Numbered from the stretch's first letter, positions 9,182 through 18,896 are shown. The stretch: DNA of 25,636 bases from Acaryochloridaceae cyanobacterium VAR_48_metabat_390 (GCA_031422435.1 JANPLU010000015.1:1-25636), one strand, 5' to 3'. The notes: generated from the letters alone by a model not told the origin. Numbers and translations are program-made.

Positions 9182-9254
9182 CGCGCCCGGATGGGATCGA
9201 ACCATCGACCAACCGCTTAGAAGGCGGTTGCTCTATCCACTGAGCTACGGGCGC
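9182..9254 (-). tRNA. trnR: tRNA-Arg(UCU)
   Basis: The reverse complement GCGCCCGTAGCTCAGTGGATAGAGCAACCGCCTTCTAAGCGGTTGGTCGATGGTTCGATCCCATCCGGGCGCG folds as a cloverleaf with anticodon TCT. CCA is not encoded. Confidence 0.97.
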
Positions 9255-9293
9255 AAGCAGCGTGTGCTTCTCTTCAGATAATACCCCATGTTT

Positions 9294-9899
9294 CTACGCG
9301 CTAGCACTCCTTTCACAATGCCTAGACAGGAGATAACGAATCACGATCGCCGCATTGACCCAATGTGGCGTCGAGTCCCTACGCCGCCACCATCCCCAGG
9401 CTTCTTGTGGCGATCGCCATAAATCCAAATGCGGCACCCCTGGTTCTGCGTAAAATGGGTCTTGCCCCATCCCCAGCGCTTGGCTACTCCAGTGGGTAAA
9501 CCCATCATGGCTCAGCCGATAAATCGGAAATGCTCCGTAGAGCGGCACTCCCCATCCATCTAGGGCAATGACTGCGCGAAGGGTGCCGCCCTGCTGTTGC
9601 CAAGCCCAAGCTGCCCCCGCCATCCCTACTACGCCTGCACTAAAGCCAATCATCACCAGGGGTTGGGTTATCGAAACGTTTTGATGTAGGAACCGTAAAA
9701 TATGATCAGGTGAAAAACCCCAATATTGAGCATCTGGAACAATATAAGGAGCTGGCAGTGCAGCAAATAGGGCGTTGGGCAACGTTACCGCCTCAATCGC
9801 AGCCCAAAAGTCTGCCGTGAGGGCTGGGTCATGAATACCAGGACATAAAATAATCGGCACAATTGGATCTTGAATATTTTTATGATCGCCTAAACGCAT
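9294..9899 (-). CDS. Alpha/beta-hydrolase-like conserved cyanobacterial protein
   Basis: CPGIH motif, nucleophile-elbow-like IGFSAG, ALDGWGVPL and a downstream His (PHLDLW). Confidence 0.7.
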   Translation of the reverse strand: MRLGDHKNIQDPIVPIILCPGIHDPALTADFWAAIEAVTLPNALFAALPAPYIVPDAQYWGFSPDHILRFLHQNVSITQPLVMIGFSAGVVGMAGAAWAWQQQGGTLRAVIALDGWGVPLYGAFPIYRLSHDGFTHWSSQALGMGQDPFYAEPGVPHLDLWRSPQEAWGWWRRRDSTPHWVNAAIVIRYLLSRHCERSASA

Positions 9900-10040
9900 T
9901 GTAAAACAGCCTTCCAGATAGCTCCTCTAGGGGGCAAAACCTGCAATCTGTTCAGCAGTCGCACATTCATTAGCAATCCCCTGGGAGGGGATGTTAGGCT
10001 TAAGGTATACCTAGCCTAAAATAAATCAAGAGGAAGCCCT

Positions 10041-11180
10041 GTGGTTACGACTCCAGAAAAATTGCAGACCCCCAGCCTTGATCGCACTGCTAATGACCGC
10101 GTTGCTGTGCTGCTGATGGGCTACGGCGAAGTTGAAAACTACGAAGATTTTGCCAACTATAACGAACAGGCTCTAAATTTACTAACCGCTAAATTTGCGC
10201 CCGTACCCACCTGGGTTTATCCGCCCCTTGCCAAGCTGTTGGCAATATTTGACCTCCATGAGTGGGGGCACACACACCACAATTTTGTATCGCCTCACAA
10301 CGCCATCTTTGAGCGTCAAAGAGCAGGCATTGAGGCAGAACTGCAAGAAAAATGGGGCGATCGCGTCCAGGTCTTCAAAGCCTTCAACTTCTGTGCGCCG
10401 TTTCTCCCAAACCAAGTATTAACCGAAATCAAAGCGCAAGGCTTTGAAAAACTGCTGATTTATCCGTTGTTAGTCGTAGACTCTATTTTTACCAGCGGCA
10501 TTGCAGTAGAGCAGGTAAATCAGGGGCTAGAAGAGCTAAAAGACGCAGACGAGCCTTGGATCAGCGACCTGCGCTACATCCCCTCTTTCTTTGACCAACC
10601 CGACTATATTCAGCTTTTGGTAAAGCGTACAGAGCATACCATTCGTGCAACTCTGGGCACTCAGTACCTGCCCTCTCAGGTGGGTATTGTGCTAATGAAT
10701 CATGGCTGCCCTCATAAAGCTAAAGGATTTGTCTCTGGCATTGCCGAAAGTCAGGCGCTGTATGACAAAACCAGAGAAGCCCTAATGTACCGCTACCCGC
10801 TCATTTCTGTGGGCTGGCTCAACCACGACACACCGCTCATTGACTGGACTCAACCTGCGGCGGATAAGGCCGCCCGTAACCTGATTGAGCTAGGCGCTAA
10901 GGCCATTGTGTTTGTGCCCATCGGGTTTGCTACCGAAAACCATGAGACGCTACTGGATGTCCATCACATTATCCATCAGCTAGAAGTAAAGCACGACCAG
11001 CTTAAGTTTGTGCAGATGGACTGTGTAAACGACCATCCAGAGTTTTTGGCAATGGCTGCGCGCTGGGCAAATCCTCAAATTGAGGCATTACTAGAGGAAA
11101 CAGCGATCTCTGACCATGCCAGCCACAGCCATGCTGCGGAACATAGCCACCATCATCACGGCGCGGTTCACCACCATTAG
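10041..11180 (+). CDS. Ferrochelatase-family (class II chelatase) protein with His-rich C-terminal tail
   Basis: AVLLMGYG, LIYPL, NHGCP, W..P and PIGFATENHETLLD motifs parallel HemH. There is no C-terminal CAB domain. The protein ends HASHSHAAEHSHHHHGAVHHH. Confidence 0.85.
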   Translation: MVTTPEKLQTPSLDRTANDRVAVLLMGYGEVENYEDFANYNEQALNLLTAKFAPVPTWVYPPLAKLLAIFDLHEWGHTHHNFVSPHNAIFERQRAGIEAELQEKWGDRVQVFKAFNFCAPFLPNQVLTEIKAQGFEKLLIYPLLVVDSIFTSGIAVEQVNQGLEELKDADEPWISDLRYIPSFFDQPDYIQLLVKRTEHTIRATLGTQYLPSQVGIVLMNHGCPHKAKGFVSGIAESQALYDKTREALMYRYPLISVGWLNHDTPLIDWTQPAADKAARNLIELGAKAIVFVPIGFATENHETLLDVHHIIHQLEVKHDQLKFVQMDCVNDHPEFLAMAARWANPQIEALLEETAISDHASHSHAAEHSHHHHGAVHHH

Positions 11181-11581
11181 GATAGGAGTGATGGCTGATT
11201 AGGCATCTTCGTCTGCAACGTGAGTGCAGCATTCAGGTTGCAGACGAACAGGATGTCTCATTTACGATTTTAGAAAGCTGAAGTTTTCTCGATCTTTACA
11301 GGCAGCGGGCAGATTTTTTGCAATAAATAGATATCCGCCACGTTGAGCAGGTTGTTGAAGCGATCCTCGGGCGGGAGGTCTAAAAGTTAAAGAGTGGGGA
11401 CGTTGCCTGCTTACTCCACAAAAGTTTGACGCATGGAGCTTTTCTCTGCATTGCCCTAGTTTAGGGTTGAGAGTTCATTGACTCAAAACCAGTCTATGGC
11501 ATGATTAGAAATTGATTTTACCAATACCCAGCCACAGGTTAGGGAAAATCAAAACGCTCAAGTATCCGTCATTCGTAAGCA

Positions 11582-12976
11582 GTGGGTTATGCAGTGAATA
11601 AAGCTTCGTCCATTTTTCAAGTTTTTGGAAGCCGGAAAATGGCGGCTGTCCTCGCGCTGGGCTTTCTGTCTGGCTTACCCTTCGCCCTCACGGATGATGC
11701 ATTTCGGGCTTGGATGTCAAAAGCAGACCTAAATTTAGCGACCATTGGCTGGTTTAGCCTAGTGGGACTGCCCTATTCTCTCAAGTTCTTGTGGTCTCCT
11801 GTGCTGGATCGATATGTCCCCCCCTTTTTGGGACGGCGACGGGGATGGATGTTAGTGGCGCAAATGGGGTTGGTGGCAGCCGTACTGGCGATCGCCTTTC
11901 AAATGTCCATCATTCCAGGGCTGGCTGGCGCTCAGCGTACCCTGTGGCTTCAGGCTTTAGCGGCAACGGCGCTGCTGATTGCCTTTTTAAGCGCCACTCA
12001 AGATATTGCCATTGATGCCTACCGGACCGACGTTTTAGAAGAACGTGAAACCGGAGCGGGTGCTTCACTCTACATCTTGGGCTACCGCGTCGCCCTTCTG
12101 CTAACGGGATGGATTGCCTTTAACCTAGCCGATCGCCTGGGGTGGCACTGGGTTTATGTTCTGATGGCGGGACTCATTGCAGTTGGATCTTTTACCGCTT
12201 TCTGGGCGCCGGAGCCAACCCGTGACGAGCGTCCCCCAGAAACTTTTGCCCAGGCCATTGTGCAGCCTTTTCTAGACTTTTTGAGGCGCTTAGGTTGGAA
12301 GTCAGCAGTCTATACTTTGCTTTTTATCGTGCTGTTTCGCTTAGGCGATGCGATGGTCGCAAAGCTCGCCGTTCCGTTTTTGGGGGCGAAAGGGATTGGA
12401 TTTAGTGATGGAGATATTGGCAACATCCGTCAGGGCATGGGTCTGATTGCAACCATTGTGGGCACCCTCATGGGGGGAGCTGCCCTCAGCAAATTAGGGA
12501 TTAATCGATCGCTATGGCTCTTTGGTAGCCTTCAGGCCGTCAGCAATATTGGGTATTACATTTTGGCAGTTGTGGGCAAAGATTACCTCACAATGGTGCT
12601 GGCGATTAACGTCGAAAACTTTTGCAGTGGGCTAGGCACCGCAGGCTTTGTGGGCTTTTTGATGAGCCTTTGTAATTCTCGTTTTTCAGCCACCCAGTTT
12701 GCCCTGCTGTCTAGCCTAATGGCTGTTGGGCGCGACATAATTGCAGGCCCTTCGAGCGGCATCATCGCTGAGCGTATCATGCAGTGGATGGCAGTTAATC
12801 CAGACTTGAGCAGCAATATTTTATTAGGCGGTGCGACTGGAAAAGGGTGGGCACTGTTTTTTCTGGTCACGCTAGTGGCGGCGTTGCCAGGACTTTTGCT
12901 ACTGCCCTTTTTTGCCCCTTGGAATGCCAAACCCGTCGTGTCAATGCCCCGCCCTGGATTAGATGAAGAAGCGTAA
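11582..12976 (+). CDS. ampG: AmpG-family muropeptide MFS transporter
   Basis: LGFLSGLPF, PYSLKFLWSPVLDRY..GRRRGW, SATQDIAIDAYR and SATQFALLSSL motifs. The true start may be slightly downstream. Confidence 0.92.
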   Translation: MGYAVNKASSIFQVFGSRKMAAVLALGFLSGLPFALTDDAFRAWMSKADLNLATIGWFSLVGLPYSLKFLWSPVLDRYVPPFLGRRRGWMLVAQMGLVAAVLAIAFQMSIIPGLAGAQRTLWLQALAATALLIAFLSATQDIAIDAYRTDVLEERETGAGASLYILGYRVALLLTGWIAFNLADRLGWHWVYVLMAGLIAVGSFTAFWAPEPTRDERPPETFAQAIVQPFLDFLRRLGWKSAVYTLLFIVLFRLGDAMVAKLAVPFLGAKGIGFSDGDIGNIRQGMGLIATIVGTLMGGAALSKLGINRSLWLFGSLQAVSNIGYYILAVVGKDYLTMVLAINVENFCSGLGTAGFVGFLMSLCNSRFSATQFALLSSLMAVGRDIIAGPSSGIIAERIMQWMAVNPDLSSNILLGGATGKGWALFFLVTLVAALPGLLLLPFFAPWNAKPVVSMPRPGLDEEA

Positions 12977-12989
12977 TAGGTTAAAGTCT

Positions 12990-14339
12990 CTAGACCTTGA
13001 CTGAAATTCGATCTTCTGGAACAGGCAGTTCCACTTCAATAGGCTTTGTGTTCATAACCTCAGACTCGGTAATCAGCCGTGCGCCGCGCTGACGGGTGAA
13101 GTAGTTCCAGCCCCACTGCATTAACACCACCATTTTGTTGTCAAACTCAATGAGGTAGTAGATGTGAGCAAAAATCCAGATAAACCAGGCGAGTGGCCCA
13201 GAAAACTTGATGAACCCTAGATCGACTACCGCTGCATTTTGACCAATGACGGCGAGGCTCCCCACTTCTTTGTAGGTGAAGGGGGCGATCGCCTTTCCTG
13301 CAATCTGGGCACAAATCTTTTGCGCAACATACTTGCCCTCTTGGGTTGCCACTGGCGCAACACCAGGTAACGGCGCATCGCCCTGATGGGCAAAGTGTGC
13401 CAAATCGCCCACCACAAAAATATTGGCGTGGCCTGGAACGCTAAGGTCTGCATCGACCATAACCCGACCAGCCCGATCTAACGCCGCGCCAGCTCGTTCT
13501 GCAAGTACCTTACCCATAGGGGAAGCCTGCACCCCAGCCGCCCATAACACCGTCTTTGCCGGAATTCGCGTTGCAATATCACCCTGCTGCACCGTCACGC
13601 CATCTTCGTCTACATGGGTGACGCGGGTTTGGGTCAGAATATTTACACCCATGCGCTCAAGAGATGCGGCGGTTTTTGCCGATAAATCTGCTGCGTAGGG
13701 GGGCAGCACTCGGTCTAGCCCCTCTAGTAGCAGCACCTGGGTTTGCTGCACATCAATATTGCGGAAGTCGTCTTTAAGGGTTTTGAAGGCTAACTCGGCG
13801 ATCGCCCCCGCTAGCTCTACCCCCGTTGGGCCTCCCCCCACAATCACAAATGTGAGCATTGCCCTACGTTTTTCTAGATCTGGCTCCTTTTCCGCCGCCT
13901 CAAAAGCCAAAAAAATCCGCCGCCGCATTTCGAGAGCATCTTCGATGGTCTTTAGCCCTGGTGCGGCAGTCTGCCACTCCTCCTTGCCAAAGTAGTGATG
14001 CCGAACGCCCGTCGCCACAATCAGCGTATCGTAAGGGATGCACCCGTTAGGCGTAACGACCTGCTGACGCTTGGTATCGAGGTCAATTACATGCTCCATC
14101 AGCACTTTTGTATTGCGATTGCGGCTCAAAATGCTGCGTAATGGCGAAGAGATTTGAGCCGGAGACAACGTACCCGTTGCAACTTGGTACAAAAGCGGCT
14201 GAAATAGATGGAAATTTCGTTTGTCGATCAGCGTGACATCCACAGGGGCTTTGGCGAGGGATTTAGCTACATACAGTCCACCAAAGCCGCCCCCAACAAT
14301 GACAACCCGATGACGGGAAGATGGCGGCTGCTTGGTCAT
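12990..14339 (-). CDS. Type-2 NADH:quinone oxidoreductase (NdbA-like)
   Basis: Two Rossmann motifs (VVIVGGGFGG and FVIVGGGPTGVELAG), HLFQPLLYQVATG, WAAGV and VVGD. Confidence 0.93.
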   Translation of the reverse strand: MTKQPPSSRHRVVIVGGGFGGLYVAKSLAKAPVDVTLIDKRNFHLFQPLLYQVATGTLSPAQISSPLRSILSRNRNTKVLMEHVIDLDTKRQQVVTPNGCIPYDTLIVATGVRHHYFGKEEWQTAAPGLKTIEDALEMRRRIFLAFEAAEKEPDLEKRRAMLTFVIVGGGPTGVELAGAIAELAFKTLKDDFRNIDVQQTQVLLLEGLDRVLPPYAADLSAKTAASLERMGVNILTQTRVTHVDEDGVTVQQGDIATRIPAKTVLWAAGVQASPMGKVLAERAGAALDRAGRVMVDADLSVPGHANIFVVGDLAHFAHQGDAPLPGVAPVATQEGKYVAQKICAQIAGKAIAPFTYKEVGSLAVIGQNAAVVDLGFIKFSGPLAWFIWIFAHIYYLIEFDNKMVVLMQWGWNYFTRQRGARLITESEVMNTKPIEVELPVPEDRISVKV

Positions 14340-14575
14340 GACAAACTCCTAGCAATAACAGAATTGAATGACGAATCACAGTTACAAAAACTTCAGTTTT
14401 GCACTTGATGATACTAGCCTAGGAAATTCTCGATCCACTGGCAGTAGTGATGATTACGATATAAAACAATCTTGACAAGAAATCTTGACAAAACCTTCAT
14501 CACAGTATCACACAAAGAATGAATGAAGGCTTCAAATACAGTGATGACAGTGCGTTTGGCTCTGCTGTAAATGGC

Positions 14576-14630
14576 AAAACGTGTGTAGAGCGCAGTCAAT
14601 ATCTCTGGCTGCGCTCTACACACACGTTTT
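14576..14630. terminator. Long hairpin with A4/T4 ends, probable terminator of the guanidine hydrolase gene
   Basis: AAAACGTGTGTAGAGCGCAGTCA...TGGCTGCGCTCTACACACACGTTTT forms a ~23-bp stem with a 2-nt bulge, 20 nt after the stop codon. Confidence 0.75.
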
Positions 14631-14649
14631 CTAGGCTGTAGCTGCTGAC

Positions 14650-15840
14650 CTAATTCCAGGCTTGATCTACATTCATGTTGGCTTCGGCATGGATATAGCT
14701 AGGCTTTTCTTTGCGCGGGAGCTGACCTGACAGCACTAAATTCGCCATCGCGTCGCAAATCACGCGGGTTGCCATTAGAGAGGTCATATCGCTGACGTCA
14801 TAGGGCGGTGAAACTTCCACAATTTCCATGCCGCAAATGGGCGCACGACGCACGATACGAGCCAGCAGCCCTAGAGCTTCTCTGGGCAAAAGTCCACCGG
14901 GTTCGGGCCAGCCTGTACCAGGGACAAACCCTGCGTCGATGCAATCAATATCAAAACTAATCCATACGCAGTCGGTGCCGTCCATCGCGCGCTCTAGGGC
15001 ATAGTCGGCGGCGGCATCGAGACCCATTTCGCAAATATCTGTCACCGTCAAAATGTTAGTGGCACGTTCGCGGCATACTTTTACGCCCTGACGGGGCACT
15101 TGCCAGCCCCCAATGCCAAGCTGCACCAGGTTTTTAGCAGGTGCATTTGCCATATTGGTTGCATGGAACCAGGGGCAGGTGTGCATCCGCTCGTCCAAGT
15201 CGGTTTCTTGGGTATCGACATGGCGATCGAAGTGAATGATGCCGACTTTTTTGTCGCCCAAGTGCCGACAGATACCGCGCACGGTCGGGAAGCCAATAGA
15301 GTGATCGCCCCCCAGCAGAATGGGAAATGCACCAGACGCAAAAACGTGGGCAACCCCTTTAGAAATTTGGTCAAAGGATTTTTCGTTATTGGCAGGGATG
15401 GTAAAGATATCCCCCACGTCACAGAGCGTAATTTGCTCCCGTAGGTCAATGCCCAGCTCAAAATTGTAGGGCGTGTACAGCGCTGAAATCCGGCGGATGC
15501 CTTGAGGGCCAAAGCGAGTGCCAGGGCGATAGGTGGTACCAGAGTCGTGGGGCACCCCAACGATCGCCACGTCATACTCGCCGACCTTGCGCACGTCTTC
15601 GAGGTAAGGAGCCTTCATGAAGGTGTTAATGCCTGCATAGTGAGGCAGCTCACCGCGAGAAAAAGTAGGGATGGTGCGATCGCGTATACTTTCCGCCGCC
15701 TCCAGACCAAACTCTAGCCCCTTGGAAACCTCCTGCTGCCAGCCCGTCAGCGGTAGCTGAGCTTCTAGCGCTAACGCACGTTGGGCTTCAGATTGACCAT
15801 CTGGACTTTGGAAAAGCGGATTTTCTGAATTTGCCGTCAT
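14650..15840 (-). CDS. gdmH: Ureohydrolase (agmatinase family), probable Ni-dependent guanidine hydrolase
   Basis: GGDHS, HFDRHVD and SFDIDCIDAGFVPGTGWPEPGG motifs, a long N-terminal extension, and an upstream guanidine-I riboswitch, as for Synechocystis Sll1077. Confidence 0.88.
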   Translation of the reverse strand: MTANSENPLFQSPDGQSEAQRALALEAQLPLTGWQQEVSKGLEFGLEAAESIRDRTIPTFSRGELPHYAGINTFMKAPYLEDVRKVGEYDVAIVGVPHDSGTTYRPGTRFGPQGIRRISALYTPYNFELGIDLREQITLCDVGDIFTIPANNEKSFDQISKGVAHVFASGAFPILLGGDHSIGFPTVRGICRHLGDKKVGIIHFDRHVDTQETDLDERMHTCPWFHATNMANAPAKNLVQLGIGGWQVPRQGVKVCRERATNILTVTDICEMGLDAAADYALERAMDGTDCVWISFDIDCIDAGFVPGTGWPEPGGLLPREALGLLARIVRRAPICGMEIVEVSPPYDVSDMTSLMATRVICDAMANLVLSGQLPRKEKPSYIHAEANMNVDQAWN

Positions 15841-15876
15841 GATTGCCTATCCTAATCAAGTGCATTCTCATTTCAT

Positions 15877-15928
15877 CAAAAAGCCCAGGAAACCCCAGCC
15901 TTTTTGACTGCTGCTCTCCCGGGCTTTT
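15877..15928 (-). terminator. Riboswitch expression-platform terminator
   Basis: On the minus strand, AAAAGCCCGGGAG (aptamer P3) can pair with downstream TTTCCTGGGCTTTTT, which is followed by a U-run. This structure is mutually exclusive with the aptamer. Confidence 0.7.
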
Positions 15929-16060
15929 CTCCCGCCGTGCCGCTAGCAGCCCCTGTGGAGAAACCCACACGCGTCAACTAGCTCGCTTCTCTCGGACCAG
16001 ACGTTTTGTGGCTACACACTCACATTAAGTCGTAGCGGATAAACCGGAACCCTAGAAGCC
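15913..16060 (-). ncRNA. Guanidine-I (ykkC-yxkD) riboswitch
   Basis: The minus strand carries the consensus blocks CTAGGGTTCCG...CTGGTCCGAGAG...CACGGCGGGAGAAAAGCCCGGGAG upstream of the ureohydrolase gene. Confidence 0.93.
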
Positions 16061-16101
16061 TTTCAGTTTTTCTACTCTATTCTACATAGAGGTGGCGTGG
16101 C

Positions 16102-16743
16102 TCACGTCACGGATTTAACCTGCAAAGGGACAGCCGTAGCCGCCATCAAGCCCCAGAATAGGCCAAATCGAATTTTCCGAGACGCGTCAATGTTGAATCC
16201 TGATGAGATAAAAAAATTGTGAAGCTCCCGCTGGGTATAGCATTGCTGATGGGCAGGATCGATCCATTTAAGAGCAATATTTAAAGTGCGGCAGAATAGA
16301 AAGTCTCTACACCAATCTAAAATCACGACTTTTCCACTCGGTTTAAGCACCCGTTTGATTTCAGTCATCACTACTAGGGGGGCATCAAAGTAGTGGAAGG
16401 CGCTAGCCGATACGACGACGTCAAAGCTTTGGTCTGGGAACGGTAGCGCTGAGGCACTGCCCCTTTGAAACGAAACATTAGAAAAATTGTGCAGCTTTTG
16501 GTGGGCGATCGCCAGCATCTCCTCAGAAATATCAACGCCCACAATCTGTTGAGTTGGGTTTTCGTTCAGCACCAGGCGCTCAAATTCACCTGTCCCGCAG
16601 GCAATGTCCAGAACCTGATCTGAGGCGGAAAGGTTCACCCAGGTTTTGAGAAACGACAGCGTATTTGTAACATACCAATTCCACCGCTGATCGTAGATAG
16701 AGGCGAGGGAATCGTACTGCTGGCGGACTTGAGCTTCAGTCAT
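16102..16743 (-). CDS. Class I SAM-dependent methyltransferase (UbiE-like)
   Basis: VLDIACGTG, GVDISEEML, LPFPDQSFDVV and RVLKPSG motifs. Confidence 0.9.
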   Translation of the reverse strand: MTEAQVRQQYDSLASIYDQRWNWYVTNTLSFLKTWVNLSASDQVLDIACGTGEFERLVLNENPTQQIVGVDISEEMLAIAHQKLHNFSNVSFQRGSASALPFPDQSFDVVVSASAFHYFDAPLVVMTEIKRVLKPSGKVVILDWCRDFLFCRTLNIALKWIDPAHQQCYTQRELHNFFISSGFNIDASRKIRFGLFWGLMAATAVPLQVKSVT

Positions 16744-16932
16744 TTTCTTCTAGGTGCGCAGCCACTTCTGCGTAACAGATTCATGATGTCAAGACCAGAT
16801 GGATATTAGTCTGCGATTGATTATAAGGTGGACGCGATCGCCAATCACTGAGGTGCGGATCTATGAAGGGTCGTAAAACAGAATCGCCACGCAGTCGGAT
16901 CGACTAGACTGCTCCAGCGGGGTCTAACAGCG

Positions 16933-18162
16933 TTAGAGAACGGCTGGGGTGGTTTGTTCCACAAGACTGTTCCAGTGGTTCAGTGCCATTTGCTGAATCT
17001 CTTTGAGGGGCGTATTGTGCTGCCGTGCCAGCTGAGCGCAATCTTCGTATTCGGGCTGGGCATTGACGATGCGATCGCCATACCGCGCTACTTTAACCCG
17101 AACTGAACCTAGGGGTGTCTCAACCGTTTCGCTCATTCTATGCAAGACTGTCCGGTGTTGGATAGAGCGACGGATGCCGAGGGTGGTTGTTTCACGAAAC
17201 AGGATTGCCTCACAGGGTTCAATGAGGGCGGTTGGACAAAGTACGCTCAGCAAAATGCCAGGTCTAGATTTTTTCATGCCGATCGCCTGGGTAAACACTT
17301 CTACAGCGCCTGCGGCTAGCAATGTGTCATACAGGTAGCCTACAACCTGCGGATTAATATCATCAAGCTGGGTCTCTAGCAGCGCAATTGTTTCGCTGTT
17401 GGCGGCAGAAGGAGAAATATCCCCTTCTGCCTCTCCAACCCACAGCCGCAGTAAATTAGGAATCGGTAAATCGTGGCTGCCTGCACCTAAGCCAATGTTT
17501 TGAAGCTTAAGAGTCGGCGCAGCGCCAAAGCCTTGAGCTAACGCCGTCACAATTGCTGCACCTGTAGGTGTCACTAACTCTTTTTGGATGCCGTTGTCGT
17601 AAAGCGGCACCTGACGCAGTGCTACAAGCTGCAACACGGCTGGTACTGGCACCGGAAGTAACCCGTGGGCAGCTTTCACCGTACCACCGCCTGTGGGCAG
17701 TGCAGAACAAAAGATCTGATCAATGCCCAGCCAATCTAAGCCGATACAGGTGCCTACAATATCCGCAATGGCATCCGTGGCACCCACTTCGTGGAAATGC
17801 ACTTGCTCTGGAGCGATGCCGTGGACGGCTCCCTCGGCGATCGCCAGCGTCCGAAAAATCTCTAAACTCCAGGTTTTGACCCGCTCTGGGAGCTGTGTTT
17901 GCAAAATCAGCGCCTCAATTTCGGGTAAATGGCGATGAGGCGCATGATGGGAGTGCCGGGAATGCACCTTAACCTGCACATAGGTTCCTCGCTGTCCCTG
18001 ACGATGCGCTGTTTCGACAGCAATTTCATACTCATCGGTTAGGCAAAGCTGAGCAAGGGAATTTTTTAGATGCTGGAGGGGTACCCCAACGTCGATAAGG
18101 GCACCCAAACACATGTTTCCGGCAATTCCCGTAGGGCAGTCAAAATAGGCAATTTGGGGCAT
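16933..18162 (-). CDS. larC: Nickel-pincer cofactor biosynthesis nickel insertase LarC
   Basis: YFDCPTGIAGNMCLGAL, a His patch (HSRHSHHAPHRH), HFHEVGATD, ELVTPTGAA, MKKSRPG, ETTTLGIR and PEYED motifs. Confidence 0.93.
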   Translation of the reverse strand: MPQIAYFDCPTGIAGNMCLGALIDVGVPLQHLKNSLAQLCLTDEYEIAVETAHRQGQRGTYVQVKVHSRHSHHAPHRHLPEIEALILQTQLPERVKTWSLEIFRTLAIAEGAVHGIAPEQVHFHEVGATDAIADIVGTCIGLDWLGIDQIFCSALPTGGGTVKAAHGLLPVPVPAVLQLVALRQVPLYDNGIQKELVTPTGAAIVTALAQGFGAAPTLKLQNIGLGAGSHDLPIPNLLRLWVGEAEGDISPSAANSETIALLETQLDDINPQVVGYLYDTLLAAGAVEVFTQAIGMKKSRPGILLSVLCPTALIEPCEAILFRETTTLGIRRSIQHRTVLHRMSETVETPLGSVRVKVARYGDRIVNAQPEYEDCAQLARQHNTPLKEIQQMALNHWNSLVEQTTPAVL

Positions 18163-18230
18163 TTTGTATCTTGAAATACAGTGGAGCGCCTATGATAGGC
18201 GTGTTGGCGTTGCGTTAGCGAATTACCGTC

Positions 18231-18896
18231 ATGGCTCAAGTTTACACCGTTCATCCAGACTCACCCCAGCCGCGCGTTGTGGCACAAATTCGGGATGCGC
18301 TGCAGTCCGGGGCGGTGATGCTTTATCCCACCGACACGGTTTATGCGATCGGCTGTGACCTCAACTCAAAATCCGCTGTTCAAAAGGTACGGCAGATCAA
18401 GCAGTTGGCTAACGATAAGCCCCTCACCTTTTTGTGTCCTTCTTTGTCCGATATTGCCAAGTACGCTCACGTCAGCGACCCTGCCTATCGGCTGATGCGA
18501 CGCTTGGTACCAGGTGCCGTGACGTTTATTTTGCCTGCAACTAAGCTGGTGCCTAAGCTGGTACAAAACCCCAAGCGCAAAACCACGGGTATTCGCGTAC
18601 CCGATCATGCTGTGGCTCATGCACTTTTAGAGGCGCTAGGCAATCCCATTATTTCGACCTCAGCCACCGTGGGCGTGTCTTCAGAGGATGAATATGTGCC
18701 TGTTTTGTCAACTTCTACGGCTGAACTATTTGATGCTTTTGAGAAGCTAGTAGACATTATTGTGGATAACGGTCAGGAACCGAGTCATGAGGTTTCAACG
18801 GTTTTAGACCTGTGTGAGGAGCCTGTAAAAATTCTGCGCCAGGGGCTAGGCTGGGAAGAGATTGCGCCGCTGTTGGAAGGGGCGATCGCACCGTAA
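18231..18896 (+). CDS. Sua5/YciO/YrdC-family protein (YciO-like)
   Basis: HPDSPQPR, YPTDTVYAIGC, PGAVTFIL, GIRVPD, STSA and STVLDL..LRQGLG motifs. Confidence 0.9.
   Translation: MAQVYTVHPDSPQPRVVAQIRDALQSGAVMLYPTDTVYAIGCDLNSKSAVQKVRQIKQLANDKPLTFLCPSLSDIAKYAHVSDPAYRLMRRLVPGAVTFILPATKLVPKLVQNPKRKTTGIRVPDHAVAHALLEALGNPIISTSATVGVSSEDEYVPVLSTSTAELFDAFEKLVDIIVDNGQEPSHEVSTVLDLCEEPVKILRQGLGWEEIAPLLEGAIAP

Noticed and set aside
15788..16028. Short ORFs over the gdmH leader
   Set aside because: The region is explained by the guanidine-I riboswitch and its terminator.
16098..16111. Possible NtcA box (GTG-N8-CAC on the minus strand) upstream of the riboswitch
   Set aside because: It deviates from GTA-N8-TAC, and its spacing to the best -10 (TAGAAT) is only 12 nt.
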